The notes below the pieces were generated by a model, which searched no databases, was not told the origin of the DNA, and saw only the letters and a program-made list of their open reading frames with translations. A DNA stretch of 64,000 nt from the human T2T-CHM13v2.0 reference genome, Homo sapiens. The stretch lies in NCBI RefSeq assembly GCF_009914755.1, contig NC_060944.1; one strand, given 5' to 3'. A program made the position numbers and the translations under genes. Below, piece after piece: positions 20,133 through 33,408 of this stretch. How positions within the stretch are numbered: position 1 is the first letter of the stretch; every line of letters begins with the position of its first letter.

Positions 20133-22053
20133 ACTCCCCAGTTATGGTCACTCCCCGTCCCTTTGCCCTGTTTTATTTTAGTTCGTAGCACCTATCACAA
20201 CCCGTCACAGCATGATATATTGTCTTTTCCACCTGTTTGCTGTCTCTCTCTCCCCCAACCTGCCACCCCAAGAAGACTGTAAAATCTATATGAGCAGGCA
20301 CTTTGTGCTGTCCACCCAGCACCTACAAACACATCTGATGCACATCAGCTGCTTAGTCAGGAGTTGTTGAAGGTAATTAAATGAATGGAGTAACTCCAGG
20401 AAGGGAGGCGGAGCCTACATAGCTGAAAACCAGTGGCAATCAGACCATTGATAAATAACAGTTATCAGTGCGTTAAATGCAGATCACCAATGTCACAGGC
20501 ATTGAGACAAGGGAGAGAGCATCTCATCCTGACTCATGAGAGCTGGAAGGCTCCTTAGAGGTGACTCGGTTTAGCTCCTCATTTTCTGGGTGAGGGTAGT
20601 GGGATCTAAAGAAGATGAGAGGCTCGTTCAAGGACATACAGCAGCAGGCTTAGAAGGCAGGCCATGTGACATGGGTCACTAGCAAGAGCTCCAGGCTCTC
20701 GGTCTTCTGCAGCAGGGCTGCCTCCTCCGTCAAGTGCAGCATCTTTTAGGAAAGGAGTGTTCCTAGCCTGGCAGTGTAGTTAGGTAGAAATGAATGAGAT
20801 GTCAGAAACAATATTGACTCTGAATTGGATGTTAAAAGTCAGGCTCACACTTTGAGGGTTGTCTTTGTACTAGACAGAAGGAAAATGCATTTTCTTTGGA
20901 GTTTTAGGTCATTTGTTTTACCTTTTGTGGTAGGATCAGCCACATAAAAATATTCCTCATCTTTGGGTGTCATAATATCCCCTTTTTTTTTTCTAACCAT
21001 AGGCTAATGTGCTCTCTGTAAAAGGTAGTGATTTCTAAGCTGGTTCTCTTTAAGCAAGTGATTCCATGATAAACAGATAGAAACGTGTTCCTGCCATTCA
21101 CTGGAAGAAAAGCTTTTTGATCCTTACCTTTGTTACATTTCTGAGAGCACTCATTAATTTAAGGCATTCTTCTATTGTGCTGGACTAAATTCTACACTAT
21201 AAGCAGCTCCCACATTGTCAACCATAGCCAGATAATGACTCATTTTTGCATAATACAAGTGTCCCATTCCCTGTTTTAGTTATTATTCAAGTTTATTGAC
21301 TGATTCTATTTAAGTAACATGTGTTAGGACAAAGAAACACACTAGTCCAGGTGGAAGACTCATTTCAGAAAAGAGTATGGGGATTCACAGAACAGTGCAA
21401 ATCAGGTTTTTAAAAAATAGAAGAAATGAGAAATGGTGCTTAAACACGTTGTATACTAAATTCCTAATGTATTTTCTCCTTCAAATTGATATCATTGTCT
21501 TACTAAGCAAAATTGGCCGTCGGTGATTTAAAAAATGCATAATTCTTCTCCCCTCACCCCCCTCCTATCTGGTTTTAATCTTCATGACTAGCATTACCTT
21601 GAAGAAACCACAGCTGAGCCCAGGAGACATTATGGAACCAAATCTTGCCCATGATGATACTACTAACAGGCACAGACTTCATTCAAATTCAGCATCACCC
21701 AAATAGATGATTTAAGTTGTTTGCTTAAGCAATGAATGAATAATGAGACGGGATGGGTTGCATTTTTCTTTTTCTTTCTCTTTGTAATTGTCATGAACCA
21801 TACATTCCAATTTTCCAGTTTGTGCTTCAGTTAAAATCACATCAGTCCACTGAGTTTCTTCAGGCTCTCTAAGAGCCTCTGCTGGTTTCCTCCCTTTTCA
21901 AAGGCAGTGACTCTCAGCCATCCTGCAGAGACAGTACATTTGTATCTCCTACAAAGCTTTGCTTATAGTAGATGCTCACCAAATGTTTGTTGAATGAATC
22001 TTTGAAGAGAGAATGCCCTCTGTACTCCCCTCCTTTCAAAAAACAAGATTTCT

Positions 22054-22370
22054 GGCTGGGCGAGGTGGCTCACATCTATAATCCTAGCACTTTGGGAGGC
22101 CAAGGCGGGTGGATCACCTGAGGTCAGGAGTTCAAGACCAGCCTGGCCAACATGGTGAAACCCTATCTCTACTAAAAACACAAAAATTAGCTGGGCGTAG
22201 TAGCGCACACCTGTAATCCCAGCTACTTGGGAGGCTGAGGCAGAAGAATCACCTGAACCTGGGAGGCTGCAGTGAGCTGAGATCGCAACACTGTACGCCA
22301 GCCTGGGCGAGAGAGCAAGACTCCGTCTCAAAAAAAAAAAAAAGTAAAATAAAAATAAATAAAAAGAAAA
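22054..22370 (+). mobile_element. AluS
   Basis: Alu consensus match. Confidence 0.92.
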
Positions 22371-22812
22371 GGGGGATTTCTAAAATCCTAGAAACATGTT
22401 TCGTATGGCTCTCCTTAGAGACAAATAAAATTTCAAGATGGATAATGTCTGTGAAATTTGTCTTAAGAAGGTAGTGAGTCACACATCCATGCTGATGCCT
22501 AACCTATATCCTGTTGATCCTAACCCTGACCTTTTGGTTGGTCATTGTGTGTCATTGGCCACATGGAAAGCCAGGCAAAAAGCAGCACCGGGCCAGCCTA
22601 AGTCCATTTGCAGCCCTGGAAGCACTGTCATGTATGGCTCAGTTGTGGATAAGCAAGTGGTTCAATGGTGAGTGAGCAAGTGAAGCAAGCATTTACCAGG
22701 TCAGTGGAAGGCCAAGTCTGGAAAGTGAAATAAGGGCAGACAGTGGAGAGCCAAGGATGCTAGACTCGGGAGTGTGAATTCCACCCTACAGATAACCAGA
22801 GAGGCTTCCACA

Positions 22813-22968
22813 TTTTTTTTAAAATTTTATTATTATTATACTTTAAGTTTTAGGGTACATGTGCTCAACGTGCAGGTTTGTTACATATGTGTACATGTGC
22901 CATGTTGGTGTGCTGCACTCATTACCTAGTCATTTAGCATTAGGTATATCTCCTAATGCTATCCCTCC
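22813..22968 (-). mobile_element. Terminal ~155 nt of a young L1PA 3'UTR
   Basis: 'ttatactttaagttttagggtacatgtg...cctaatgctatccctcc'. Confidence 0.93.
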
Positions 22969-24600
22969 TTTTTTTTTTTTTTTTTGAGACAGAGTCTTGC
23001 TCTGTCGCCCAGGCTGGAGTGCAGTGGCGCAATCTCGGCTCACTGCAAGCTCCGCCTCCTGGTGAGGGGTGACAGCGTGCTGGCAGTCCTCACAGCCCTG
23101 GCTCGCTCTCGGCGCCTCCTCTGCCTGGGCTCCCACTTTGGCGGCACTTGAGGAGCCCTTCAGCCCACCGCTGCACTGTGGGAGCCCCTTTCTGGGCTGG
23201 CCAAGGCCGGAGCCCACTCCCTCAGCTTGCAGGGAGGTGTGGAGGGAGAGGCGCGAGCGGGAATCGGGGCTGCGCGCGCTTGCGGGCCATCTGGAGTTCC
23301 CGGTGAGCGTGGGCTTGGCGGGCCCCGCACTCGGAGCAGCCGGCCGGCCCTGCTGGCCCCGGGCAATGAGGGACTTAGCACCCGGGCCAGCAGCTGCGGA
23401 GGGTGTACTGGGTCCCCCAGCAGTGCCAGCCCACCGGCGCTGCGCTCTATTTCTCATGGGGCCTTAGCTGCCTTCCCGCGGGGCAGGGCTCGGGACCTGC
23501 AGCCCGCCATGCCTGAGCCTCCCACCCGCTCCATGGGCTCCTGTGCGGCCTGAGCCTCCCCGACGAGTGCCACCCCCTGCTCCAGGGCACCCAGTCCCAT
23601 CTACCACCCAAGGGCTGAGGAGTGCGAGCACACGGCGGGGGACTGGGGGACTAGCAGGCAGCTCCACCTGCAGCCCCGGTGCGGGATCCACTGGGTGAAG
23701 CCAGCTGGGCTCCTGAGTCTGGCGGGAGGTGGAGAACTTTTATGTCTAGCTCAGGGATTGTAAATACACCGATCGGCACTCTGTATCTAGCCCAAGGTTT
23801 GTAAACACACCAATCAGCACCCTGTGTCTAGCTCAGGGTTTGTGAATGCACCAATCGACACTCTGTATCTAGCTGCTCTGGTGGGGCCTTGGAGAACCTT
23901 TGTGTCTATACTCTGTATCTAACTGATCTGATGGGGATGTGGAGAACCTTTATGTCTATCTCAGGGATTGTAAACGCACCAATCAGCGCCCTGTCAAAAC
24001 AGACCACTGGGCTCTACCAATCAGCAGGACGTGGGTGGGGCCAAATAAGAGAATAAAAGCAGGCTGCGAGCCAGCAGTGGCAACCCACTCGGGTTCCCTT
24101 CCACAGTGTGGAAGCGTTGTTCTTTTGCTCTTTGCAATAAATCTTGCTACTGCTCACTCTTTGGGTCCACCGTGCTTTTATGAGCTGTAACACTCACCGC
24201 CAAGGTCTGCAGCTTCACTCCTGAAGCCAGCGAGACCACGAGCCCACCAGAAGGAAGAAACTCCGAACACATCCGAACATCAGAAGGAACAAACTCCAGA
24301 TGCGCCACCTTAAGAGCTGTAACACTCACCGTGAGGGTCCGCGGCTTCAGTCTTGAAGTCAGTGAGACCAAGAACCCACCCATTCCGGACAAACTGGGTT
24401 CACGCCATTCTCCTGCCTCAGCCTCCCATGTAGCTGGGACTACGGGCGCCTGCCACCGTGCCCGGCTAATTTTTTGTATTTTTAGTAGAGACGGGGTTTC
24501 ACTGTGTTAGCCAGGATGGTCTTGATCTCCTGACCTCGTGATGCGCCTGCCTCGACCTCCCAAAGGGCTAGGATTACAGGTGTGAGCCACCGTGCCCAGT
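22969..24600 (-). mobile_element. AluY split by LTR12C (parts 22969-23062 and 24394-24600)
   Basis: 'cactgcaagctccgcctcctgg' resumes as 'ctgggttcacgccattctcc'. Confidence 0.93.
23063..24393 (+). mobile_element. LTR12C (ERV9) solo LTR, ~1.33 kb
   Basis: Start tgaggggtgacagcgtgctggcagtcc, end cattccggacaaa. CpG-rich U3, repeated 'caccaatc...ctgtatctagct' units, 4-bp TSD ctgg. Confidence 0.95.
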
Positions 24601-24669
24601 GGCTTCCACAGTTTTTGACAATGGCAATAATGCTCATGGAGGCCACTCCTATAATCACCAAGCAGATAT

Positions 24670-25295
24670 TTAGGAAAAATGGCACGAGTACTTTGGAAAA
24701 CAGTTTGGTAGTTTTTTACAAAGTCAAATATACACTATTATGCATCCTTTATTCCCATTTGTTCCAAAGAAACGAAAATGTATTTCCACAAAAAGACTTG
24801 TGCATGAATATTCGTACTAGCTTTATTCCAAAAAATCCAACAGCCCACATAACCATCAGTGAGTAACTGGGTAAACAAATTGTGTTACATCTATACAATG
24901 AGATACCACACAACAAAAACAAAACAAAACCCCAAAACCAAAAAACTACTGATTCACACAACACAGGTGAATCTGAAAAACATTATACTTAATATAGCCA
25001 GATATAAGACTATAAGTAGTATGACTTCATTTACATGAAACTCTAATGAAACTAATGTATAGGGACAAAAAGCAGATCAACGGTCACCTGAGGCTAGGGC
25101 TAGGGAGGTAGTTTCTACCACAAAGAAGCAAAAGAGACCTTTTGGGGTGAAAAAATTGTTGTATATTGTGATTGTAGTGGTGGTTGCCCAAGAGTATGTA
25201 TACATTTGTCAAACCTCATTGAACTGTACACTTAAAATGGATGCATTTCAATATGTGCAAATTATACCACAATAAAGTTGACTGGTTATAAAAAA
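24670..25295 (+). mobile_element. Old L1 (L1MB/ME-like) 3' fragment
   Basis: 'ttggaaaacagtttggtag...ttgtcaaacctcattgaactgtacactta...aataaag'. Confidence 0.7.
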
Positions 25296-26986
25296 AAGAG
25301 AACTATATTTGGGCATAGCTTTACACAAGGCCAAGGGGAGGAAACAGAAGAGACTTTCCTAGGGTGTTTATGGTTTAGTACGAAGCTGAGGTGCAGATCC
25401 ATGGCACAAGGCCCTGCGCTTAGGAACAATGGGTGGCAGAATGGATTAAGTGGCCAAAGAAGCCTATGGACAAGAAATACAGAAGGAGGCAGAGAGAAAG
25501 AGACAGAGAGAGAGAGGTGAGGGAGTAGGTCCACCATGGCCTGGAGTTAAAGAATGATACATCATTTTAGAGAAGGTCTTACTTATTTCACTCTTCCATC
25601 AAGGCCTGTTCAAATCCCACTTTCTTCGCAAATTCTTGCTTGAGTCCCTACCCACAGCAACCTTTTCATCTTTCCCTCTTTTGTACTCTTATAGTAAGTT
25701 CTGTTTAATTTATGTGTAAATAGCTCTTTAATAGCTGTTTAATTTATGTGTAAATGGCCTCTTTTCTCTTGAACTGCTATTCAAATTGCTTAGTGCTAAT
25801 TTCAAATGTGCTTATGCCTTATCTAATATCTAGAACACAAGTTCCTTAAGAGAGTCCTGTACCTTGGATCTCCCCATAGTTCCTTAACTACAGCAGCTGG
25901 GCAGCTTTTGTAGATGTTCTTGATTCATCAATTTTCAGTTACTAAAACTGGACTGGGTTAACATTTTGGGGTAAGGAAGATAAACCTACAATTCTATTAT
26001 GATTGTACCTAGGGACTAAGTAGGGCGGTATTGTGGTTTGTGAACCCGTTGGTAATTCATTCCACTCCTCCTTTAATTGACAGACCATACTTTCTATCAC
26101 AAAGCCAAGACCCTCTTCAGGCAAAGGCTTCTGTGAGGCAAACTGAAATTGAGTTGATATAGTTACCCCATCCCATGATTTTATACGTCAATTTTTTGTT
26201 TGTTTTGTTTTTCCAATCAGGAATTTCAGCCAGGGCAGTCACGTTTGTGTATTCGAAGCCTGCCAACTCTGACCAGAAATCAGGTCTCCGTTTAAGACAC
26301 AACTTGACAAGTGGATTACATGTTCTGGTGAAAGGCAGATAAATGTCACTCATGTCACTATAAATAAAAGTCTGGGCCTGCTTATCAGCTTGTAGGGTTG
26401 AGGTCTTACCTTCAACACTTCTCAGAGTGCTTTATACTTTATTATCCTTTAAACGAGGTCTTTTCCATCCAGCTTCTTCCAGGGAATTATTACTGTTCAG
26501 CTCTTTGAAACATATGGCTCCTGTCAACTCCCTGTCTTTTCCTTTAAGGAACAATACAACCTGTGGCCTTAAACAGAAATCTGCCAGAATTTTCTCAAAT
26601 GTCATATTAGAGAATGAAATGTAGGAAGACCTTTCATAGTAATGGATCTAGGACACCTTCCATAGTAATGGATCTAGGATCTTGTACCTGCTTTACAAGC
26701 AAATCATGTTCTAGCAGGCTTTGGTTGCTTGGGGTTATGGTTTAGAGCATGGGATTGGTCATCTAAATCCATGTAATAACAAGTATGGTTTGCAAAAAAG
26801 GATTTTCATGGTTAGAGAAATTTAGAAATGCACAATCAAAAAGGCTCTAAGATGGTTGCAGAAATGTAGTCTGTTTAGCTCGATTTAATCCAGAATTCTC
26901 AAAGTTATTTGACCACAGAACCTCCTTTTCACGTATTTTTGGATACACTACTCACAAAAATGTTTTTGAGTGACTTAAGGCATTAA

Positions 26987-27319
<333 letters not shown>

Positions 27320-27678
27320 AGAATTAAATAATCTTTCTACATTTATCAAAGTACACTTATTGAGGCCCTAAAAAAGCACATTTTTGTGTCTATATATCTG
27401 TATTACATTTCTGTACACTTCTGAGCTATATTCTAAAGTTCAATGAGGATAGAACTGGATATACACAAAAGTGTTTTGTACATTTGCTCACCAATGTCAT
27501 GTTCATTTGTACCAGTGAATTATACTTGGTGATAATGATTGCAGACTGTTTTAGGTAACAAGGAACATTTGAGACAAGATCTGAATATAACAAAATCCTG
27601 GAAATGTGAAAAATTAGCTTTGGGTGGGTTCTAGGAGGAGAAACTCGTAGATTCCACTTCCAGTTTTACATTCTAAGA

Positions 27679-28168
27679 CAGAGGTTCTCAAATTTTTGGT
27701 CTCAGGACTCATTTATACTCTTAAAATCCCAAGGAGCTTTTGTTTAAGTGGATTATATCTATTAACTTTTACTATGTTAGAAATCAAACCTGGGAAAATT
27801 TAAAAATACAAATTTATTATCTTAAAAATAAGAAACCCATAAGATCTTACCATAAGCAACATTTTTGTGAAAATAGCTATATTTTTGCAAAAAGATCAGT
27901 GAGAATATTGGCATTGTTCTACATTTTTGGAAATCTTTTCAATGTCTGGTTTGGTAGAAGACAACTGGATTGTCACATCTGCTTCTGATTCAATTTGCTG
28001 ATACTGCATGTCACAGAGTCTCTGAAAAATTTCACTGTTACACTTAAGAATGAGAACAAAAAGGGTAAATAACATCCTACTATTATGAAAATAGTTATGA
28101 CCTCACAGACCCTCTCAGAGAGTCTCTGAGGCCCTTGGGGTCTCTGAATCACACTTTGAGAACTACTG
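27679..28168. mobile_element. Charlie1-family (Charlie1b-like) hAT element
   Basis: Terminal inverted repeats cagaggttctcaaa / tttgagaactactg; 8-bp TSD ttctaaga / ctctaaga. Confidence 0.82.
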
Positions 28169-28644
28169 CTCTAAGAATTCAATTCAATAAAAGTATTATA
28201 TTTATTGAGAACCTACTGGATGCTCACCACAAGATAAATACAAAGACATGTCCTCGCCTCCAAGGAACCTGCAGTGTCCCCTTCCACACCTCATTTCCAA
28301 CCAAATCTTAATATTCCAAGACTCAGTGTCATTCCATAATACTTCCTCCTTGTCATTTTTTTATCCCATTAGATGACAAGAGCTCTACTTTTTTCCTAAG
28401 TGTCTGTAGCAATTATTATCTGTGCAATTCATTTGGGATTTTGATCATACACCACAGAGGGAGACTTATTATTGATCAAACTGTGACTTATTAATAGTTC
28501 ATATTTTGTGGTTGTATTTTGTCCTTGCTACTGATGGTAGGCTCTTTCAGAGCAATAACTTATTTTACTTATGGTGCTCAAGGTAAGTAGTGAAGACTGT
28601 GGATCTTACACCGGTATTTAGTAGTTTGATTTGCAACTATTGAG

Positions 28645-29017
28645 TGTGGCAGAGACAAAGCTATGTGCTCACCAATCCTATTTCCTTTTCCTGTTCTTGA
28701 GCACTCAGACTCCTTCCCAGTCTCTCCTGCAATTGGGTTAGGGCCATGTAACTGGGTTTGGGCCAGCAGAATATAAGTCACCACGAAGCCTGACCCTTAA
28801 AAACACCCAGTGCGGCCCTCCTGCCCTGTCTTCCCTTTTGGTAGTGACTGTGGTGGCCACGTTGAGCTGGCAGAATCCCAGGATGAAAACAGCAGGATGC
28901 CCAAGTCATCACATGGAAGACCGCTCTGGAGAGTAGCCTGATACCACATAAACTAAGCTAATGAGGTTTCAGGCATTACTTGTTACTACAGCAAAGCCTA
29001 CCTTATCCTGGAATATT
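28645..29017 (+). mobile_element. MLT1J-like MaLR LTR
   Basis: Begins tgtggcagagac; ends with 'ttgttactacagcaaagcctaccttatcctg'. Confidence 0.6.
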
Positions 29018-29302
29018 AGTGGAAAAAGAATGTCCATAAATGAAATAGGAAATAATGTAAGACACAATACTATGTACGAAAAGAGTCAGGAGTGATGTGG
29101 AAGATGGGAGTGGGCAAGAGTCAGTTTGGGCTCATGTGCTGGGACAGACTTTATGGAGAAGAGGGGAAGAGATAATTTGAATGAGTAGAATTTGAGTTGT
29201 AAAAAAGGTGGTGGGAAGACTATGAGTCTCAGCAAAGTGGGAATGAGCAGGAAATATAAGTGAGGGAAAATGAAGACAGAGTCAATATGAGAAAGTTAAC
29301 AC

Positions 29303-29563
29303 CGTAACAGTGTGGTGGCATGCCTGTAGTCCAAGCTACTTGAGAGGCTGAGGTGGGAGGATTGCTTGAGTCTGGGAGATGGAGGTTGCATTGCGCCACT
29401 ACACTTCCACCTGGGTTACAGAGAAAGATCCTGTCTGAAAAAGAAAAAAGAATGAACGCACGAGAGAAAGAAAAAGAAAGAAAGAAGGAAATAAAGAAAG
29501 AAACAGAGAGAGAAAGAGAAAGAGAGAGAGAGGAAGGAAGGAAGGAAGGAAAGAAGGAAGAAA
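29303..29563 (+). mobile_element. Alu right monomer with GA-rich expanded tail
   Basis: TSD agaaagttaacac / agaaagttaatac. Confidence 0.8.
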
Positions 29564-29846
29564 AGAAAGTTAATACTAGCTGGGGAGTGGCAAAATGAGG
29601 CCTGTTAGATTATTAAATTGTCCAATAAGTGGAACATGCTAATAAAATTGTGAGGCTTCTTCAAAGCAAACAGTGTGGAGCACAACAGATAGCCATACAA
29701 TGGTGATCACTTCCTGGTTCTTAGCAAGTTTTGGCCTGTGCACTGGGCATGGTATCACTGAATTTTCACAGAAAACCTATGAAGTCTATGATCCTCATTT
29801 TACAGATGAAGAAACTGAAGCTTAGAGAGGTGAAGCATCTTGAAAA

Positions 29847-31590
29847 TGCATTAGTCAGAATTCTCCTGAAAAACAGGACCAATAGGATGTGAGAAGGTTT
29901 TATTTGAAGAAATTGGCTCACACGATTGTGGGGGCTTGATGAGTCCAAAATCTGATGGGGTAGGCCAGCAGGCTGGAGACCCAGGGAAGAGGTGCATCTG
30001 CTGGCAGAATCCATTCTTGCTCAGGGAAGGTCAGTCTCAGGGGCTGTAGTGCTGCAGTGTCCACTTTCAGGTGGTGCCTGCACATCATGCAGAACCACCT
30101 GTAAACCAGCCCTGAGCTTTCTCTTCTCTACATTAAACCCAAGTAGGCCTGGCATTTCTCACTCACTCACTGTGGTCTACCTTTTGGTCCATGTTTCAGT
30201 CAACCAACCCATCAGTTATAGCACTAACTCCCTGAGTTGCAACATTAAATGCAGAAATCTTGCTCAATCGGCCCCTATCAATATATTCAGCCTGATTCAA
30301 TTTTATGTTTCTTCCATCTTTATCCCACACCTTTAATTTCCATTCTCACACATATTCCCTGAATTTCTGACTAAATAAGAAAACTCAAGTAGTTCTTTTG
30401 GAGTGTAGTATGCCTCATGGATCACATTTCATGCCTCACCTTTTGGGACTGCTAGGACTTGAGTCTAGTTAAAGTTCTAGAAGCCAAGAGGGGTAATGGG
30501 GGTGTGTCCTGAGGAGAATCAGCATTGTCTTGCGAGACAACTGTATCAGGGGAGGTCATGATAGATTCCTTAAGCAATGAAAGGTTAGTTCCCTCAGGTG
30601 GGGGTGGAGAGGATATATCTACTGGGGTGGAGAAAATGCTTCTACGGGCAAAGATGACTCATTGGAACTTATGAATTCAATGTCCCCAGTGCCATCAAGG
30701 TCTTTCCATATGCCCCCATTCCAACTTTCAGGATCCAATTCGTTCCCAATCAATGCCCTCACTTTAGAAGTAGACAACCTGCAAAGTCAAAAATTCAATC
30801 TGCACTTTAATTCAGCCACTTACAGGATGTGATTCGGAGTTGATTTTTAACAATCTTGGCTCTGCAGCTATAGGAGATAAGGGTCTCTTTCAGGGCAGAA
30901 ATAGAAAGTTTCAGGTCACTTATGTTATACTTGAGCTGGGAATTTGAATCCCTGAGCTCTTCCTTTTCTTTTCCCACTTTGTCCAGCAACATTAGGGGCA
31001 ACCAATCTCATTATACTTGTTATTTTGGCAAATATGTTATAAAGTATCATACGCATGGTCACCCAGATCTTGCTTCTTTTTAGTTTTGGTAATATTTTGT
31101 GTAATTCTACTACTTCATCATGCCATAGACTATCAAGTGTTTTATTTACTACTGGAAAGTCATTCCTGTTTTTAATCTAATCAGACTAGAGAACCACTTC
31201 CAGAAACCTCAGAACCAATTACAAAAATGCATCCCTAAGATTCCGTTCCGCTTGAACCACTTCTAGTACCAGAATCTGTAGCTGTCAGCGTTCTCTAGAG
31301 ACATGGAATCAACATGTGGGCATATACAAAGACATTTATTATAAGGATTTGGCTCACGTAACTATACAGACTGGCTAATCCAAATCTGCAGTGTAGGCCA
31401 GCAGATTCAGGACTCAGGAGGCAGATTACATCTCAAGGCAGTTGGCTAGAGAATTCCCTCTTGCTTGGGGGCCAGACTTTTTGTTCTATTCAGGCCTTCA
31501 ACTGATGAAATGAGGTCCACTCACATTATGGAGGGCAATCTGCTTTACTCTACTGATTAAAAATGTTTATCTCAACCCAAAATGGCCACA
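29847..31590 (-). mobile_element. Deleted ERVL provirus: MLT2 5' LTR (~31277-31590), PBS, gag remnant, partial 3' LTR (29847-30037)
   Basis: MLT2-type LTR ends. Minus-strand 'gattctggtactagaagtgg' follows the 5' LTR. ORF 30807..31001 (LLDKVGKEKEELRDSNSQL...ALKETLIS) resembles ERVL Gag. Confidence 0.75.
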
Positions 31591-31934
31591 ATTACTGTTT
31601 TAAATACATCAGGTTATTCACAATGAATTTTGTAAGGATAAAGAAGGAAAGGAATCACTTGGTAGAAGGACCAATAGTAGGCAAAAAAAAACTGAGAATT
31701 TTTTTCTATGATAATTACAATGTTAATGGGGCTTAAAAATGAATTGATGAATATTTAAAAACATCCTAGTTTCCACATATTATATATTTTTCATATTGTT
31801 TTTCACATTAATGTAATCCAGATACTAGCTGTGGCCTTCCTCTCTCCCTTTGAGATCTGGGCAAAAATGTTTCAAAACCTCTGGGTTCTCTGCCTGTATA
31901 AGTCCAAAGTCTGGTTCAGTATTTCTGCTAATTT

Positions 31935-32107
31935 ATTTTCTTTTTTTTTTTTTTTTTTTTTAGATAGCTTCTCGCTCTGTCACCCAGGCTGTAGCACAGT
32001 GGTGCAATCATAGCTCACTGCAGCCTTAAACTCTTGGGCTCAAGTGATCCTCCTGTCTTAGTCTCCCCATTTGCTAGGATTACAGATGTGAACCACCACA
32101 CCTGGCC
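31935..32107 (-). mobile_element. Alu monomer (FAM/FRAM-like)
   Basis: Single monomer flanked by ctgctaattt on both sides. Confidence 0.8.
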
Positions 32108-32521
32108 TCCCTGCTAATTTCCAACACTAATAAATTCTCACCTCTTCTGCTTCTAGAGGTCTGCTATGTTGCCCACCCCGTGGTGGTTCCAAACCACAGT
32201 GACCCCAACTGGAGACTTTTTATTTGATTTCTACAAGAAAAACCCATACCAAGCCTGAGTCTGACAGGCTTTACTGGACACATTGGGCCAGGGAAAGTGT
32301 CACAATACTTAGTCCATATCCTCCTGCCGCCTTTCAAGTTTCTTCTCTCTTTTACCCACTCCTTCTCTGAGTGCCAAAACTCCAATTTTAGTACTTCTAT
32401 GCAAACCAATTTCACCACCCAGGTGAATTAGCTTGCACTCCCCAAATTTTGTTACTGGACTCTTTCCTTTGTAAGGGATAAGAATTTAGCCCAAGCCAGC
32501 TTAGGGCAAAAGGAAACTTTT

Positions 32522-32827
<306 letters not shown>

Positions 32828-33001
32828 TCACAGAATCAAAGGACAGACTTAATCAAACTGCAGGAAGAGAGGGATTTAACTGGAACCAGGGAATTAACCC
32901 TGCTTCTCTCATTGCCTACTGGCAACAAGTCCCAATTCTTATCTTTTAGCGTTCACGCACTGGAAAGATGCAGTCTTAAATTTCTTATGGTTCAAAGCTC
33001 A

Positions 33002-33408
<407 letters not shown>

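Noticed and set aside
23740-24000. Regularly spaced ~40-bp repeats resembling a CRISPR-like array
   Set aside because: These are the normal U3 enhancer repeats of LTR12/ERV9; no unique spacers, and the context is eukaryotic.
22930-24392. Cluster of 73-175 aa ORFs
   Set aside because: All lie within the LTR12C/Alu/L1 composite; typical spurious LTR12 frames.
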